DNA of 64,000 bases from an uncultured Nitrososphaerales archaeon. GTDB lineage: Archaea > Thermoproteota > Nitrososphaeria > Nitrososphaerales > Nitrososphaeraceae. A model generated the notes under the pieces. It was not told where the DNA came from. It saw only the letters and a program-made list of their open reading frames with translations, and did not search any database. The translations under genes and the position numbers were made by a program. Location of the stretch: the NCBI GenBank assembly GCA_963713605.1, contig CAVQMO010000010.1:672001-736000 (forward strand). Reading direction: 5' to 3'. The first letter of the stretch is position 1. Each line of letters begins with the position of its first letter. Shown here piece by piece: positions 21,111 through 31,358 of this stretch.

Positions 21111-21602
21111 TTATAGCCGCAGCTTTTGAATTTCAGCAATTAAAGCTGGATGATCACACTCTACTTCTGTCGTTATGTATAAAAGATGATCATTACCTAG
21201 CGGAAGAGTAAGGCGTTTTACCTTTTCATATTCTGCTAATATGTACTTACCCTTCCCGATTTTTGGTGCGAGTTCTTCTCGGGTTTTCCATCCGTTGACT
21301 GCTAATTCTAGTGATTCTTTACTTTCTTTGGATGTGAGCAGATTTTTTACTCCCTCACGATGGCCGGAGTACATCATTTCGCCGTTTCGATCACAAATGG
21401 TGACAACTCTTACTTTTGGATCGAAGTTCATAATTGTTGCATGAATATGCTTATACTCTGTCCACTGATGATGTACAAACTGCTTGCTATGCCCCAGACG
21501 ACTGCATTGATCAGAACAATAATAATTTCCACAGCATGGACATTCTATGTCATAATCCTGTGATTTTTTACCACAGGTTACGCAGCTTTCACTCATATCC
21601 AT
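21111..21602 (-). CDS. Cys-rich zinc finger fused to a thaumarchaeal roadblock/profilin-like small domain (DUF6659-like)
   Basis: CVTC...CPCC...YCSDQC...H, then VRVVTICDRNG...REG...KIGKGKYILAEYEKVKRLTLPL. Start at ATG 21602 or 21596 is more plausible than 21722. Confidence 0.7.
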   Translation of the reverse strand: MDMSESCVTCGKKSQDYDIECPCCGNYYCSDQCSRLGHSKQFVHHQWTEYKHIHATIMNFDPKVRVVTICDRNGEMMYSGHREGVKNLLTSKESKESLELAVNGWKTREELAPKIGKGKYILAEYEKVKRLTLPLGNDHLLYITTEVECDHPALIAEIQKLRL

Positions 21603-22422
21603 GACATATTTAATGAGGAAGAAAGATAAAAGATTAGTTACTCGAGGATTGTCAAATGTCCTCCTAGTCAAGGGTGCAGATACCAAAAGACACAAGATTG
21701 CGACTTGGAGGAGGATTCTCAACTTCTATTATTTTATAAGCAGTCTTACCTAGCTGGATTGCCCAAGTCTAACCTATTTTTACTCAATTTTCAGTGACCC
21801 TCTATCTGATCTTTGTGTGTGGTAAGCAGTATTACTTTCTCATGCATATTCCTCGAAGGCTGAGTAAACAACGTCTGGTTTTTCATTGCTACTTTCATTA
21901 AACCTACAATGATTTATTCCTGGATTTGTTCAATTAAGATATGATATGGTTACACCCTGAAGTTTCCTGAACTGAATATTCAGCATATATTGGAAATAAG
22001 CAGGCATAGTACATGCATTTAGTGAGCATTCAGCTTAGATTCATAGTTCTCTCATTAACTTTTTGTGCGGTATTAACGGTAGAGTTAACTATTTCCTCTT
22101 TTTAGCTTTTTTCTTTTTCTCCACTTCTGCTTGGTTTAGCAGAATTCCTATTTAGATTTAGTAATGTTTCATGCATGATATCAATGAACTAGAAAATAGG
22201 TTTGGGAATGACGACCACTCATCATTGGATTGTTGTTGATTGCCCTCGAAAAAATAGTTACAATGCGTCCACTACTGCTACGGTGACTGTACTCATCCTT
22301 TCAATGGCTAACATATCTAGCAAGCGACGACTCGTGCAGGTTTATTTCTATCCCTTTAACTTGATAGAGCCAGCCACTATCGGAAAAAATGTGTGTGTGT
22401 GTGCGCGTGTGCGTATTCTTAT

Positions 22423-22955
22423 TTACTGTCCCCTAGTAGCAAACTGTTGCTGAACCGCTGAATAGGATGTTGCCCATGCTCGTGCTATATTAGAGTTAAA
22501 TTCAGATGTAGCTTCGACGGTCCTGCTAAAGTTTTTCACATTTTCTCTTAATGCATTTAATGCATTGATTGTTAGCTGATTGTTGATGTCTGCAATTCTA
22601 ATGATGTTGTTTGTAAAATCATTTAATTGTTTTACAAAGCCTTGAACATAGGGTGCCGCTGTGTCTGAGACGACGACGTTATTGGGATTGCTGCTGTTGC
22701 TGTTTGCAAATTGCTTCTCAACTGAAGTTATTGTCTGAATGGCGTTCCTAACCGCTTCTATGTATTCTTGCTGCAGATTGGAGATTGCTTGTGCATATTG
22801 TGGTTGAACCTTTCCAGCTTCATTTACCAATCTAGTGAAGTTTTCGTTTGCTGCATTGACTATGTGAGTTACATTGACTGCTGCTGTCGTGCTGCTGTCG
22901 CTGCTGTTGCTGCTGTTGCTTTTGAAGTTTTATTTTCTGCTGTTGACATACCCAT
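22423..22955 (-). CDS. Helical Gln/Asn/Ala-rich hypothetical protein (possibly phasin-like); frameshift in the 5' Ala/Thr repeat
   Basis: ORF 22423-22830 extends upstream in frame (AAVNVTHIVNAANENFTRL). MGMSTAENKTSKATAATAATAA starts at 22955, after a TATA near 22972-22979. Confidence 0.7.
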
Positions 22956-23824
22956 ATATAGCACTCATCTATATATAAACATTGGTATAAAGTGGCAATA
23001 AATGCCACTAATCACCCATCAATGGTTAGTACGCAGTTAACCTGACTGACTGATGATACAAATCGAGTCTTCCTTCAAAGCGTTAGAATAGGACACCAGA
23101 TGAACTCATGTATTGTTCAGAATATGGCGTAAGGATTAGAAGGAACATTTTTCTGCCCAGAGCCGTATCAATGTAGGCATCGACATAGTTCATCCTGTCC
23201 TCAGCAGGGCTATACTGAGGAGACAGGTTGTTTTCTCTGGTATCACACCCAGAGCTTACTGTATTCACCCTAACCATGACTATAGATGATTCTCTGGCAT
23301 CTTCACAGAATTGTATCGACATCGTTTCATCGGGACTAATCACGCCTTCTTTAATGGCAGCCTGAAAAATAGTTCGATTGGAATTAGTAACCTCTATCTA
23401 GAGGAATATCTTTTAAATAGGTCATCAGTTGTGCTAGTAGACGCTGTCTAAGGGTTCGATAGCCAAAGTATGTATGGCTAGTATTAGCCGAATTGAACCT
23501 GACAGTTAATCAACACATGAAAACTCTCGTCATCGGGAGGCCTTCGAGGTAGCCAGACGCCGGTAACTTAAATTATTCTTAAGTTCTTAATCATTTCGTC
23601 ATGTCTAGGCCATTTCGAGGCATGTCACAGCCACAAATGAGTCGTTTACGGTATAGTCTAGCCTAGAATATCCTTTCCGTCAAGAATTTTTGCATTCGTG
23701 GTATAGAACTGAAGTAAATTTTGAAAGTGTTGTGGTCAGCCTTACTGGCAAAATGAGCCTAATCGCTCCTCCTTTCGTATAACTCAACCGTTATTAAAAT
23801 TTAGAATATCAACTCTAAAGGTAA

Positions 23825-23897
23825 TGGACTGGGCGGGAGTTGAACCCGCGACCTTTCGATTGCGAATCGAACATTACTACCACTGAACTACCAGCCC
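23825..23897 (-). tRNA. tRNA-Ala (anticodon CGC)
   Basis: Reverse complement GGGCTGG...TTCGA-TTCGCAA-TCGAA...GGTTCAACTCC...CCAGTCCA folds as a cloverleaf with the G3:U70 alanine identity pair. CCA is not encoded. Confidence 0.93.
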
Positions 23898-24340
23898 TCT
23901 CCAAAGTTCTTATTCTCCAACAGGTACTCGGAAAGATATAATTATTTACAATGACTAACCCCGGAGTGCGACCAAGCTCAGGTTCTGAACAACAAAAACT
24001 AAAACTCTACGACGAGGGTGAAAGTGTTGCGAATGTTCCCGCTTCGGTCCAGGGAATGTCGTATTTTATATACTTTGAATGACCAACCAACTTTTTATGA
24101 TCATCGACATCAGAAGTAAAAATAAAACATATACCGCATTCAGAGCAGAGCCATATCTTCTTTAAATCATCTGGTTTCAAATTTGTTGCGAATACTAGTA
24201 GTGAATGTATCGTATTTAACTAATCAACCATCAAGTTATATTCGTTTTTAGTTTGTACAATTTCTAGAATTAACTGCATACATTATATTCTATAATAACA
24301 CAATATAACATTATGACATATGTTCCTTGGTTCTTAATAC

Positions 24341-24421
24341 GAACGAGCTGATAGGTAACAACATCGAAGGTCATCGGGGGTAATTTTCAACCGATAGGTA
24401 TGGGTACCTATCAGTTCGTTC
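24341..24421. promoter_or_regulatory. Nested inverted repeats built from GATAGGTA half-sites upstream of an RHH regulator
   Basis: 24341-24357 matches the reverse complement of 24405-24421 at 16/17 positions. 24389-24400 matches the reverse complement of 24405-24416 at 11/12. Confidence 0.6.
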
Positions 24422-24472
24422 TTCTAACAACAATCTTTTTAATGTCACAGTCCTGATCGAAATTGATATCCC

Positions 24473-25090
24473 TTGAGTGGCTATAGCAGGTACAGAAAGA
24501 GACCTATCGGGAGGAATGGAGAAATAGGTATCACCTCCTCAACCGCCGACAAAATAGCAAAAAGAACTCATCCTACTGAAACTATTACCTTTAGATTGCC
24601 CACTGCCCTACTAGAAGAGCTTCGAAAGGATGCGGAACTGGAAAAGATAAATCTAAATGCTTTTGTCACGCGAATTTTTTCTAATCACGTACAATGGGAA
24701 AGGTATGAACGGAAGATGGGCTTACTTCCTATGACCAAACCTTTTCTCAAGGAGGTCATTAACCAGCTAACAAATGAGCAGATCATGAATTTAGCACAAA
24801 AGATTGAAAAGGAAAATTTCAAAAATATTCTAATTTTTATGAATGAAAGCCATGATGTGGATGATTTCGTGGAAATTTTGAGGACATGGCTTACCGTATC
24901 CTGGATGCAACATAACATCGTCCTTAGAAATGGATCCTACCATTTTAACATCCAACATGATTTAGGATACAAATGGTCTCTGTACGTCCAAACTCTGGTT
25001 TCGGAGCTCTCAAATGATATACTCCAAAGAAGGGCTGAGATAAGAATAACTGACAATGTGATATCTATTGTATTTCCTAGGGATCGATAG
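24473..25090 (+). CDS. Ribbon-helix-helix DNA-binding protein with C-terminal domain (thaumarchaeal family)
   Basis: TETITFRLPTALLEELRKDAELEKINLNAFVTRIF is an RHH pattern; C-terminal FNIQHDLGYKWS. Confidence 0.8.
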   Translation: MSGYSRYRKRPIGRNGEIGITSSTADKIAKRTHPTETITFRLPTALLEELRKDAELEKINLNAFVTRIFSNHVQWERYERKMGLLPMTKPFLKEVINQLTNEQIMNLAQKIEKENFKNILIFMNESHDVDDFVEILRTWLTVSWMQHNIVLRNGSYHFNIQHDLGYKWSLYVQTLVSELSNDILQRRAEIRITDNVISIVFPRDR

Positions 25091-25274
25091 ACTGAAGAAG
25101 GTTTGATAAGATCAATTGAGAGCGCCGTAGTATTAGCTCTAAAGCACCTATGGTATAACAAATCTTAGGTCGGAATTGTTCTCCATCACCATAACATGAA
25201 TATATCCATTCGATCTAAATTGGTAGCCAAGTACAATGCTTTTTATCTAGGTTTATTGCGATAGAGTAATCAAG

Positions 25275-25733
25275 TTGGCAAGAAGCACAAGAGCAGCGCG
25301 CACGTCTCAAGATGAACCAGAAGCACTCCCCAAGTGGGCAGAAGATGAAATAAAATCTGTGAACTTTGAAGATCCTCAAATCGTATCCAGGACAGGTTAT
25401 ATTCTTGATATATACGAGAAGGACTTTAAGGTTGATATACAAGTATATGAACCTCTACCCGATGGGCGAACCATAGTAGAAGGTTTGGACGTTCCAACGG
25501 CCATGAAAATATCTGAATTTATGAAGGGTTTCGTTTATGAATTTAAGATTAAAATGTACATGGGTAAGCTAAGTTCAAAATTGGCTGATCTACTAAAGAG
25601 CAAATATGCTCTAGATATGGATAGCATATATCGCTTCGAAATGGAGAACCTGCAGATGTTGGACGTCGAATCTGATGTAACAGCTGGGAGTAACGAAAGC
25701 TCAGCAGACAGCGATGAGAATAGCTCAGATTAA
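25275..25733 (+). CDS. Hypothetical protein (beta-rich core, acidic tail)
   Basis: 152-aa ORF with natural composition and an upstream TTTTTAT box. Confidence 0.8.
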   Translation: MARSTRAARTSQDEPEALPKWAEDEIKSVNFEDPQIVSRTGYILDIYEKDFKVDIQVYEPLPDGRTIVEGLDVPTAMKISEFMKGFVYEFKIKMYMGKLSSKLADLLKSKYALDMDSIYRFEMENLQMLDVESDVTAGSNESSADSDENSSD

Positions 25734-25882
25734 ATTTTGTGGCCATCCAATTATTCTACCCAATCCAATCTGAACTAGGAAAAAGGATGATATGCAGGCT
25801 CATTTGCCAGCAGATCTAGAATAGGTCGCTGTAGTCTGGCTCGATTTGCGTTAATGTCTCTCTAATCATCTCTTACAGACAA

Positions 25883-27025
25883 TTATCCTTTACTATTGTT
25901 GGGTTTGCCTACGTTACACCCAAGATCGTCGTCCTCGGTGTGACGGTCAGCCACCTTCGAACCGGAGAGGCCAATTTTAGAATTCTTCTTCCGTAAAGGC
26001 ACTACGTCTTTGTTTATTGTGAGTTTCATCAATGCAATCCACATGATGACTAGGGGAACATGATATGACGCAATTCTCCAAACCACTATTACAGATAAGT
26101 GCGAATCGGTAACGAGATCCTGAAAGGAGGGTATAGAATTTAGATTTGCGACGTATGCCCAGATCCCTAATTCAGCTAAGCCAGAACCTCCCAATGTTAT
26201 GGGTACAGTGGCTAATACTGTAGAAGCAGATGTCGCCATAACAGAATCAAATAGGCTTATAGGAGGTATCTCGTTACCTACGGCGTTCACCAAGACCATA
26301 AATGAAATACCTTGTAAAACAAAGGCAACTACTGTTATTGCTATTCCTATCGCGAATGTCTTGATAACGACAGGAGAAGAAAATGTAAGGTTTTCTCTGC
26401 TCATTTGGCATAAATCTGCAATTGCTTTGTTCGTTGACGTGACCAGATTGCTTCCTCGTTCTCCTCTTAAAATTCTCTCTATAACTTTTTCTAACAGGTT
26501 TGGAAGTTTGAGGTTTCTTTTCGCAGAAAAGAACATCAGCAAGAACCAAAATGTAAGGGTGGGAATAGAGAGCAGTATGACAATTGTTCCAATAAGATAG
26601 CCTCCATTGAGAATTGCAAACACTCCAGAAATGATCCCTAATATGGTTCCTACAAAGACATCTGAGATTATTTCAATGGTTGTAATCCAAGCAGCCCTAC
26701 CAGGTGGAACTCCTCTCCGCGTCAACCATGCAATCCTTACTATTTCGCCGCCAATGTAGGATGGTGTCGTTTGTGAGACAAATTCTGAACCGAGTCTAGC
26801 AGAAATAGTCCTTGAAAAGTTGCTAACATCACGTCCTATAAATTTTCGAATAAAATACTTGAACCTATATGCCTGCAATAAGACCTTTCCGATTACAGCT
26901 GCAGAGGACAGAATAAATGGAATAACCCCTACGGACAAGAGGTCATCCACAGTTATGTGTGTGAAGAACACCATTAGGATTAATGGCACAATGCTTGCTG
27001 GTATCGCGAGCAAACGCCAGTTCAA
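25883..27025 (-). CDS. Lysylphosphatidylglycerol synthase TM/UPF0104 flippase-like membrane protein
   Basis: TPSYIGGEIVRIAWL, VPITLGGSGLAE and VWRIASYH motifs; multiple TM helices. Confidence 0.85.
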   Translation of the reverse strand: MNWRLLAIPASIVPLILMVFFTHITVDDLLSVGVIPFILSSAAVIGKVLLQAYRFKYFIRKFIGRDVSNFSRTISARLGSEFVSQTTPSYIGGEIVRIAWLTRRGVPPGRAAWITTIEIISDVFVGTILGIISGVFAILNGGYLIGTIVILLSIPTLTFWFLLMFFSAKRNLKLPNLLEKVIERILRGERGSNLVTSTNKAIADLCQMSRENLTFSSPVVIKTFAIGIAITVVAFVLQGISFMVLVNAVGNEIPPISLFDSVMATSASTVLATVPITLGGSGLAELGIWAYVANLNSIPSFQDLVTDSHLSVIVVWRIASYHVPLVIMWIALMKLTINKDVVPLRKKNSKIGLSGSKVADRHTEDDDLGCNVGKPNNSKG

Positions 27026-27235
27026 AATATTTCATCCGTCTGATAAGATGAGGCCATATAAAAACCCCGAGTGATCTACCAAATTCAGTATTACAAGATG
27101 CTGTTTAGCCACGATCACTCTTTGTTTCAGAAATATCCGGTGCGCCTTGCAAATGTGCATGCTCTCTTCTGAAGTGAATCTTCCTTGTATACACAAATAT
27201 ACTACGGAAGAGCAAAGTATCGCTTGTAATTTTTA

Positions 27236-27994
27236 ATGGACTCAATCTTCGTCACTGGAACGGCCGGCGCTGGGAAATCTGTTCTCGCTTCGAGACTACT
27301 CCAATGGTACTCTGACAATAGTTCATACCCAGTTTCCCTAAACCTAGATCCAGGTGCAGATAGTCTTCCATATGAACCAGACGTAGATGTCAGAGATTAT
27401 GTTGACATAAAAGCTATAATGGAGGATTATAATTTAGGCCCAAACGGATCTCTTATAATTGCAAGCGATCTTATATCTACTCATCTCGAAGAAATACAAA
27501 ATGAGGTAAATGAGCTGAACCCTGACATTGTCGTTATAGATACTCCTGGACAGATAGAACTGTTTGCATTTCGAGCCAGCGGCCCATACTTTGTAGGAAA
27601 TTTTCTTGCAGACGCTAAGATGAACATTTTTGTATTTGACGGAACCCTAGTTTCTTCCGCAATAAATTTTGTCTCTATCTCTTTGCTGGCCGCCTCTGTC
27701 ATGCTCCGATTGAAGACATCACAAGTAAACGTATTGAGTAAGAGCGACCTTATCATAGATAAGCTCCCGCAGATACTAGGATGGGCCTCCTCTAGCAAGA
27801 AACTTGAGGATAGTCTAAATCAAGAAAAAGAAGCAGAATATTCGCTATTAAGCAAGGAAGTATTAAGAGCTCTGACTATGGGTGGTTTTCTACAAGATCT
27901 AATAGCGGTTTCAGGTCTTACGATGAGCGGGATGATCAATCTAGTGGCAGCTATAGCGAGGATAGTCAGCCAAGGGGAGGACAGGAAAGGCTAG
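27236..27994 (+). CDS. GPN-loop GTPase
   Basis: GTAGAGKS, NLDPG, LGPNG, DTPGQIELF, SKSD. Confidence 0.93.
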   Translation: MDSIFVTGTAGAGKSVLASRLLQWYSDNSSYPVSLNLDPGADSLPYEPDVDVRDYVDIKAIMEDYNLGPNGSLIIASDLISTHLEEIQNEVNELNPDIVVIDTPGQIELFAFRASGPYFVGNFLADAKMNIFVFDGTLVSSAINFVSISLLAASVMLRLKTSQVNVLSKSDLIIDKLPQILGWASSSKKLEDSLNQEKEAEYSLLSKEVLRALTMGGFLQDLIAVSGLTMSGMINLVAAIARIVSQGEDRKG

Positions 27995-28096
27995 AAAGAT
28001 TTCTTGGTTCAGTTGATGTTGAGTCTATAAAACGAATTAATAAGGAACAGTAGGAATAATAATAATAGGTATAGGAAAAAATTAATCTCACTAAAC

Positions 28097-29131
28097 ATGG
28101 TAGATATGAGTGAACACCATCTAACATCACATTCGATTACTGCGGCAGCACCTTCATCAACTGCTAATCTTGGTCCTGGATTTGACATATTTGGGCTTGC
28201 AGTCGATGCATTCTATGATTATGTAACAATCAAGAGGTCCGTTACTCACTATCCTAATCATGGTAACATTGGCTCGCAAAAAACTACTGGCACCGATGAA
28301 TCTTCATCTCAAATTCGCATTGAGATGATTGGACAATATTCCGAATCCATCCCCGTAGAAGCGAGTAGAAATTCAGCGGGATTAGCCATTCAGAAGATCC
28401 TCAATGATTTTGATATTAAGGATTCATTCTCCGTTATAGTAAAAAAGAACATACCACCCGGTTTTGGAATGGGAAGTAGTGCGGCGTCAGCGGCCGCCGG
28501 TGTTATGGCAATCGATACTCTCCTAGATCTCCACATTCCAAAATCAGATCTTGTTCGATTTGCAGCAGAAGGTGAAAAAGCGAGTGCAGGGTCATTACAT
28601 TATGATAATGTTGCTGCATCGATACTGGGAGGTTTTGTTTTAGTCCGCCCGTTCTCAAGAATACCCGAGTTCATCCATATCGCTCCCCCAAAGAATTTGC
28701 ATCTCATTTTTGCAATCCCAAATCTAAAAGTCCCTGCAAAAAAAACCGAACTTGCGAGGAAGGTGTTACCAGAAAAAGTTCTGCTACGACATGTCGTTCA
28801 TAACCTTTCAAATGCTTCCACTGTCGTAGCAGGATTCTTTTCAAAGGATGTAAATATGATAGCAAGAGGTGTAGAAGATTTCATTGTGGAACCGGCTCGT
28901 AAGCACCTGATCCCTTGTTTTGACAATGTTAGAGCCAACGCGCTAGCTGCGGGGGCGTTAGCCGCTACAATTAGTGGGGCTGGTCCATCAATGGTCGCTA
29001 TCGCTTCCCATGTAGATCAGCTGGAGGTCATAGCAAATTCGATGATAACTGGTTTCAAACAATGTAATTTGACCTGCACTACGGTAAAGTGCTCGCCAAG
29101 CCAAGGAACAAGGATAGTAACTATAGAATAG
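28097..29131 (+). CDS. thrB: Homoserine kinase
   Basis: PSSTANLGPGFD, PPGFGMGSSAAS, HYDNVAA, ISGAGPS. Confidence 0.95.
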   Translation: MVDMSEHHLTSHSITAAAPSSTANLGPGFDIFGLAVDAFYDYVTIKRSVTHYPNHGNIGSQKTTGTDESSSQIRIEMIGQYSESIPVEASRNSAGLAIQKILNDFDIKDSFSVIVKKNIPPGFGMGSSAASAAAGVMAIDTLLDLHIPKSDLVRFAAEGEKASAGSLHYDNVAASILGGFVLVRPFSRIPEFIHIAPPKNLHLIFAIPNLKVPAKKTELARKVLPEKVLLRHVVHNLSNASTVVAGFFSKDVNMIARGVEDFIVEPARKHLIPCFDNVRANALAAGALAATISGAGPSMVAIASHVDQLEVIANSMITGFKQCNLTCTTVKCSPSQGTRIVTIE

Positions 29132-29365
29132 GGTTAATGACTGACTGCAAATAATTTAACTTTGATGCTGTATCAAGAAAGGCATTTCACCTTGGCCAGC
29201 TAGTTGTTGTCTTATCGTGTTCTCTAAATTTGAGTTTACCCGTGAATTCAATTCGAAGTGCTCGTTTTATCTCTCCTCATTACTATCGCTTTTTCAATCA
29301 GGTCTCAAGCTCTTGTCTCATGGATGCTGGATGAATATCCAGCTCAGGTCGCCTAATTGCACCCA

Positions 29366-30229
29366 TCATTTCTTGCTCTTGTTCAAGAACGCAGACATCA
29401 TTTTCTGTCTGTCTTCATGAGCAAAACATAAAGCCCATCCATAAATCTCTAACCGTAACCCTGTATCTAGATCTGTGTCCAGTGCCTTGTTAATCAGCGT
29501 CTTGCTTACCTTAATAGCTGTAAAGCCATTCTTTGTAATTTCCTTGGCAAGGGTAATACACTCATTTATCAATTTTCTATTGAGAATCTTTGCTATTTCA
29601 GCTGCACGTTCCTTCCCTTTCTTGGGATCTGACTTATCATCTACTTCTGGAGGTAATTGATCTTCATCACCCAAGCTTACTACTTTGTTAACCAAGCCAA
29701 TTTCATATGCCTCTTGTGCAGAAATCATCTTTCCAGTAAAGATTAGTTCTTTAGCCTTCGCCGGTCCCACCAATCTTACTAGACGCTGAGTACCTCCCCA
29801 ACCTGGTGGTATGCCGATGGTAACCTCTGGCTGGCCAATCTTTGCATTGCTCGATGCAATTCTCATATCGCAAACCATCGAAAGTTCACATCCTCCTCCC
29901 AATGCAAATCCATTGACGGCTGCTATGACGGGCTTATCGAGCTTTTCAATCTTGCTGAGGACGCCTTGCGCAGAAGTAGCATATTTCTCAGCCTTCATTG
30001 GATCAATGTTTACCATGTAAGCTATATCGGCGCCAGCACAGAACGATTTCTCTCCGGAGCCAGTGAGAATGACAACCTTAAATGAATCATCAAATCCAAC
30101 TATGTCAATAGATCTTGATAATTCGGCTATGACGTCCGTATTCATAGCGTTTAACGCCTCAGGTCTATTAATACGTAATAAACATATATCTTCAAGCGGT
30201 TCGATCTGAATATATTTCATCGTAGACAT
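29366..30229 (-). CDS. Enoyl-CoA hydratase; probably the 3-hydroxypropionyl-CoA dehydratase/crotonyl-CoA hydratase of the 3HP/4HB cycle
   Basis: INRPEALNAMN, FCAGADI, NGFALGGGCEL, GQPEVTIGIPPGWGGTQRL. The pathway role is inferred from the host type. Confidence 0.88.
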   Translation of the reverse strand: MSTMKYIQIEPLEDICLLRINRPEALNAMNTDVIAELSRSIDIVGFDDSFKVVILTGSGEKSFCAGADIAYMVNIDPMKAEKYATSAQGVLSKIEKLDKPVIAAVNGFALGGGCELSMVCDMRIASSNAKIGQPEVTIGIPPGWGGTQRLVRLVGPAKAKELIFTGKMISAQEAYEIGLVNKVVSLGDEDQLPPEVDDKSDPKKGKERAAEIAKILNRKLINECITLAKEITKNGFTAIKVSKTLINKALDTDLDTGLRLEIYGWALCFAHEDRQKMMSAFLNKSKK

Positions 30230-30354
30230 TATCGTAAAGCGATAGGTTGGTCAAATTAAACCTTGTGTAAATTTTAAATCTTTTTGACTGAGATTCGCAA
30301 GAATTGGCCCAACTTCATAATTAACACTGCACAACGGGCCATTAGATTATCTAT

Positions 30355-31127
30355 CTATCTATTTTCCGCATCAGCCCATAAATATTCAAAATAATCCTTG
30401 GCGAGACCAGCTAATCCCGAATGCTCCGCCCAAATTGCAATCGGTTCGAAACCATTACTCTCCATGATACCACCTTCGCCAAGCAGAAGCATTACTTGTC
30501 TGCTGTCGCCTATTACTCCACCGCCAAACATATGATCCTTGACTCTGACTTGAGCTATCCTTGATATTGCCCGAATTGTATCAGCGCTTGTCCTTCCAGA
30601 AGCAAGTACCGAAATGTTAACCCCCTTCTCATACAGAGTGCTCGTAACATCGGCTGGGCCGGTTTCGCGATATTTTCGGCGACCTCCGGAAGCGCAATTA
30701 GTAATTCAGCCTGACAATCAAGTATTATCTCGCTTACTTTCCCGACTATGTTATGTATTCCCCTAACGACCCATATTTCTGGTCGTTCCTTAATCCCTCT
30801 TTTTTTGTAAATTGGCAACAACTCACTCATGATCAAACTTTCGTTATCTTTGATCCCATTTTCCATCCGAATTCTCATCGCTGCTAGAGCACTTTGTGGA
30901 GATTTGGGAAAAAATTTCTGTGGCCTGGAGCTGCTTGATTCGAGCCAGCCTTTATCTTCCAGCGTATTGATGACCTCGTATATTTTAGAGTACGGAACAC
31001 CTGAAACCTTGCTTATTTCTGATGCAATAGCGGGCCCGCCCTCTAGGATAGAGAGGTAAACTTTGATTTCATAGCCCGTCAAGCCAAGGTTTTCCATTGC
31101 TTTCCTTGACTTGTCGCTAATAATCAT
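30355..31127 (-). CDS. TrmB family transcriptional regulator; frameshifted in the 3' part
   Basis: LGLTGYEIKVY...SGVPYSKIYEVINTLEDKGW. The C-terminus continues in another frame as ...MFGGGVIGDSRQVMLLL...AGLAKDYFEYLWADAENR*. Confidence 0.88.
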
Positions 31128-31358
31128 TAAAACCTTGAAAGGGATATTATAATTCTAATATATTCATTCCTCAAAGCTTCACTCATTGTGTGCAAGTATC
31201 ATCGGAAATGATCAGTATCTCGTCTATCGATGGAATTAGCTTGGTTTATGGATATTCAAGGGGTCAAAATATCCTTATCACCTTATGAATCGTAAGGTTA
31301 TGTTTATATATAATCCAGAGCGCATTGCCGTTTGTAGTTAGGATAAGGTTAGATAGAG

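Noticed and set aside
23083..23343. 86-aa minus-strand ORF near the tRNA
   Set aside because: No recognisable motif or good start context; probably a degraded fragment or spurious.
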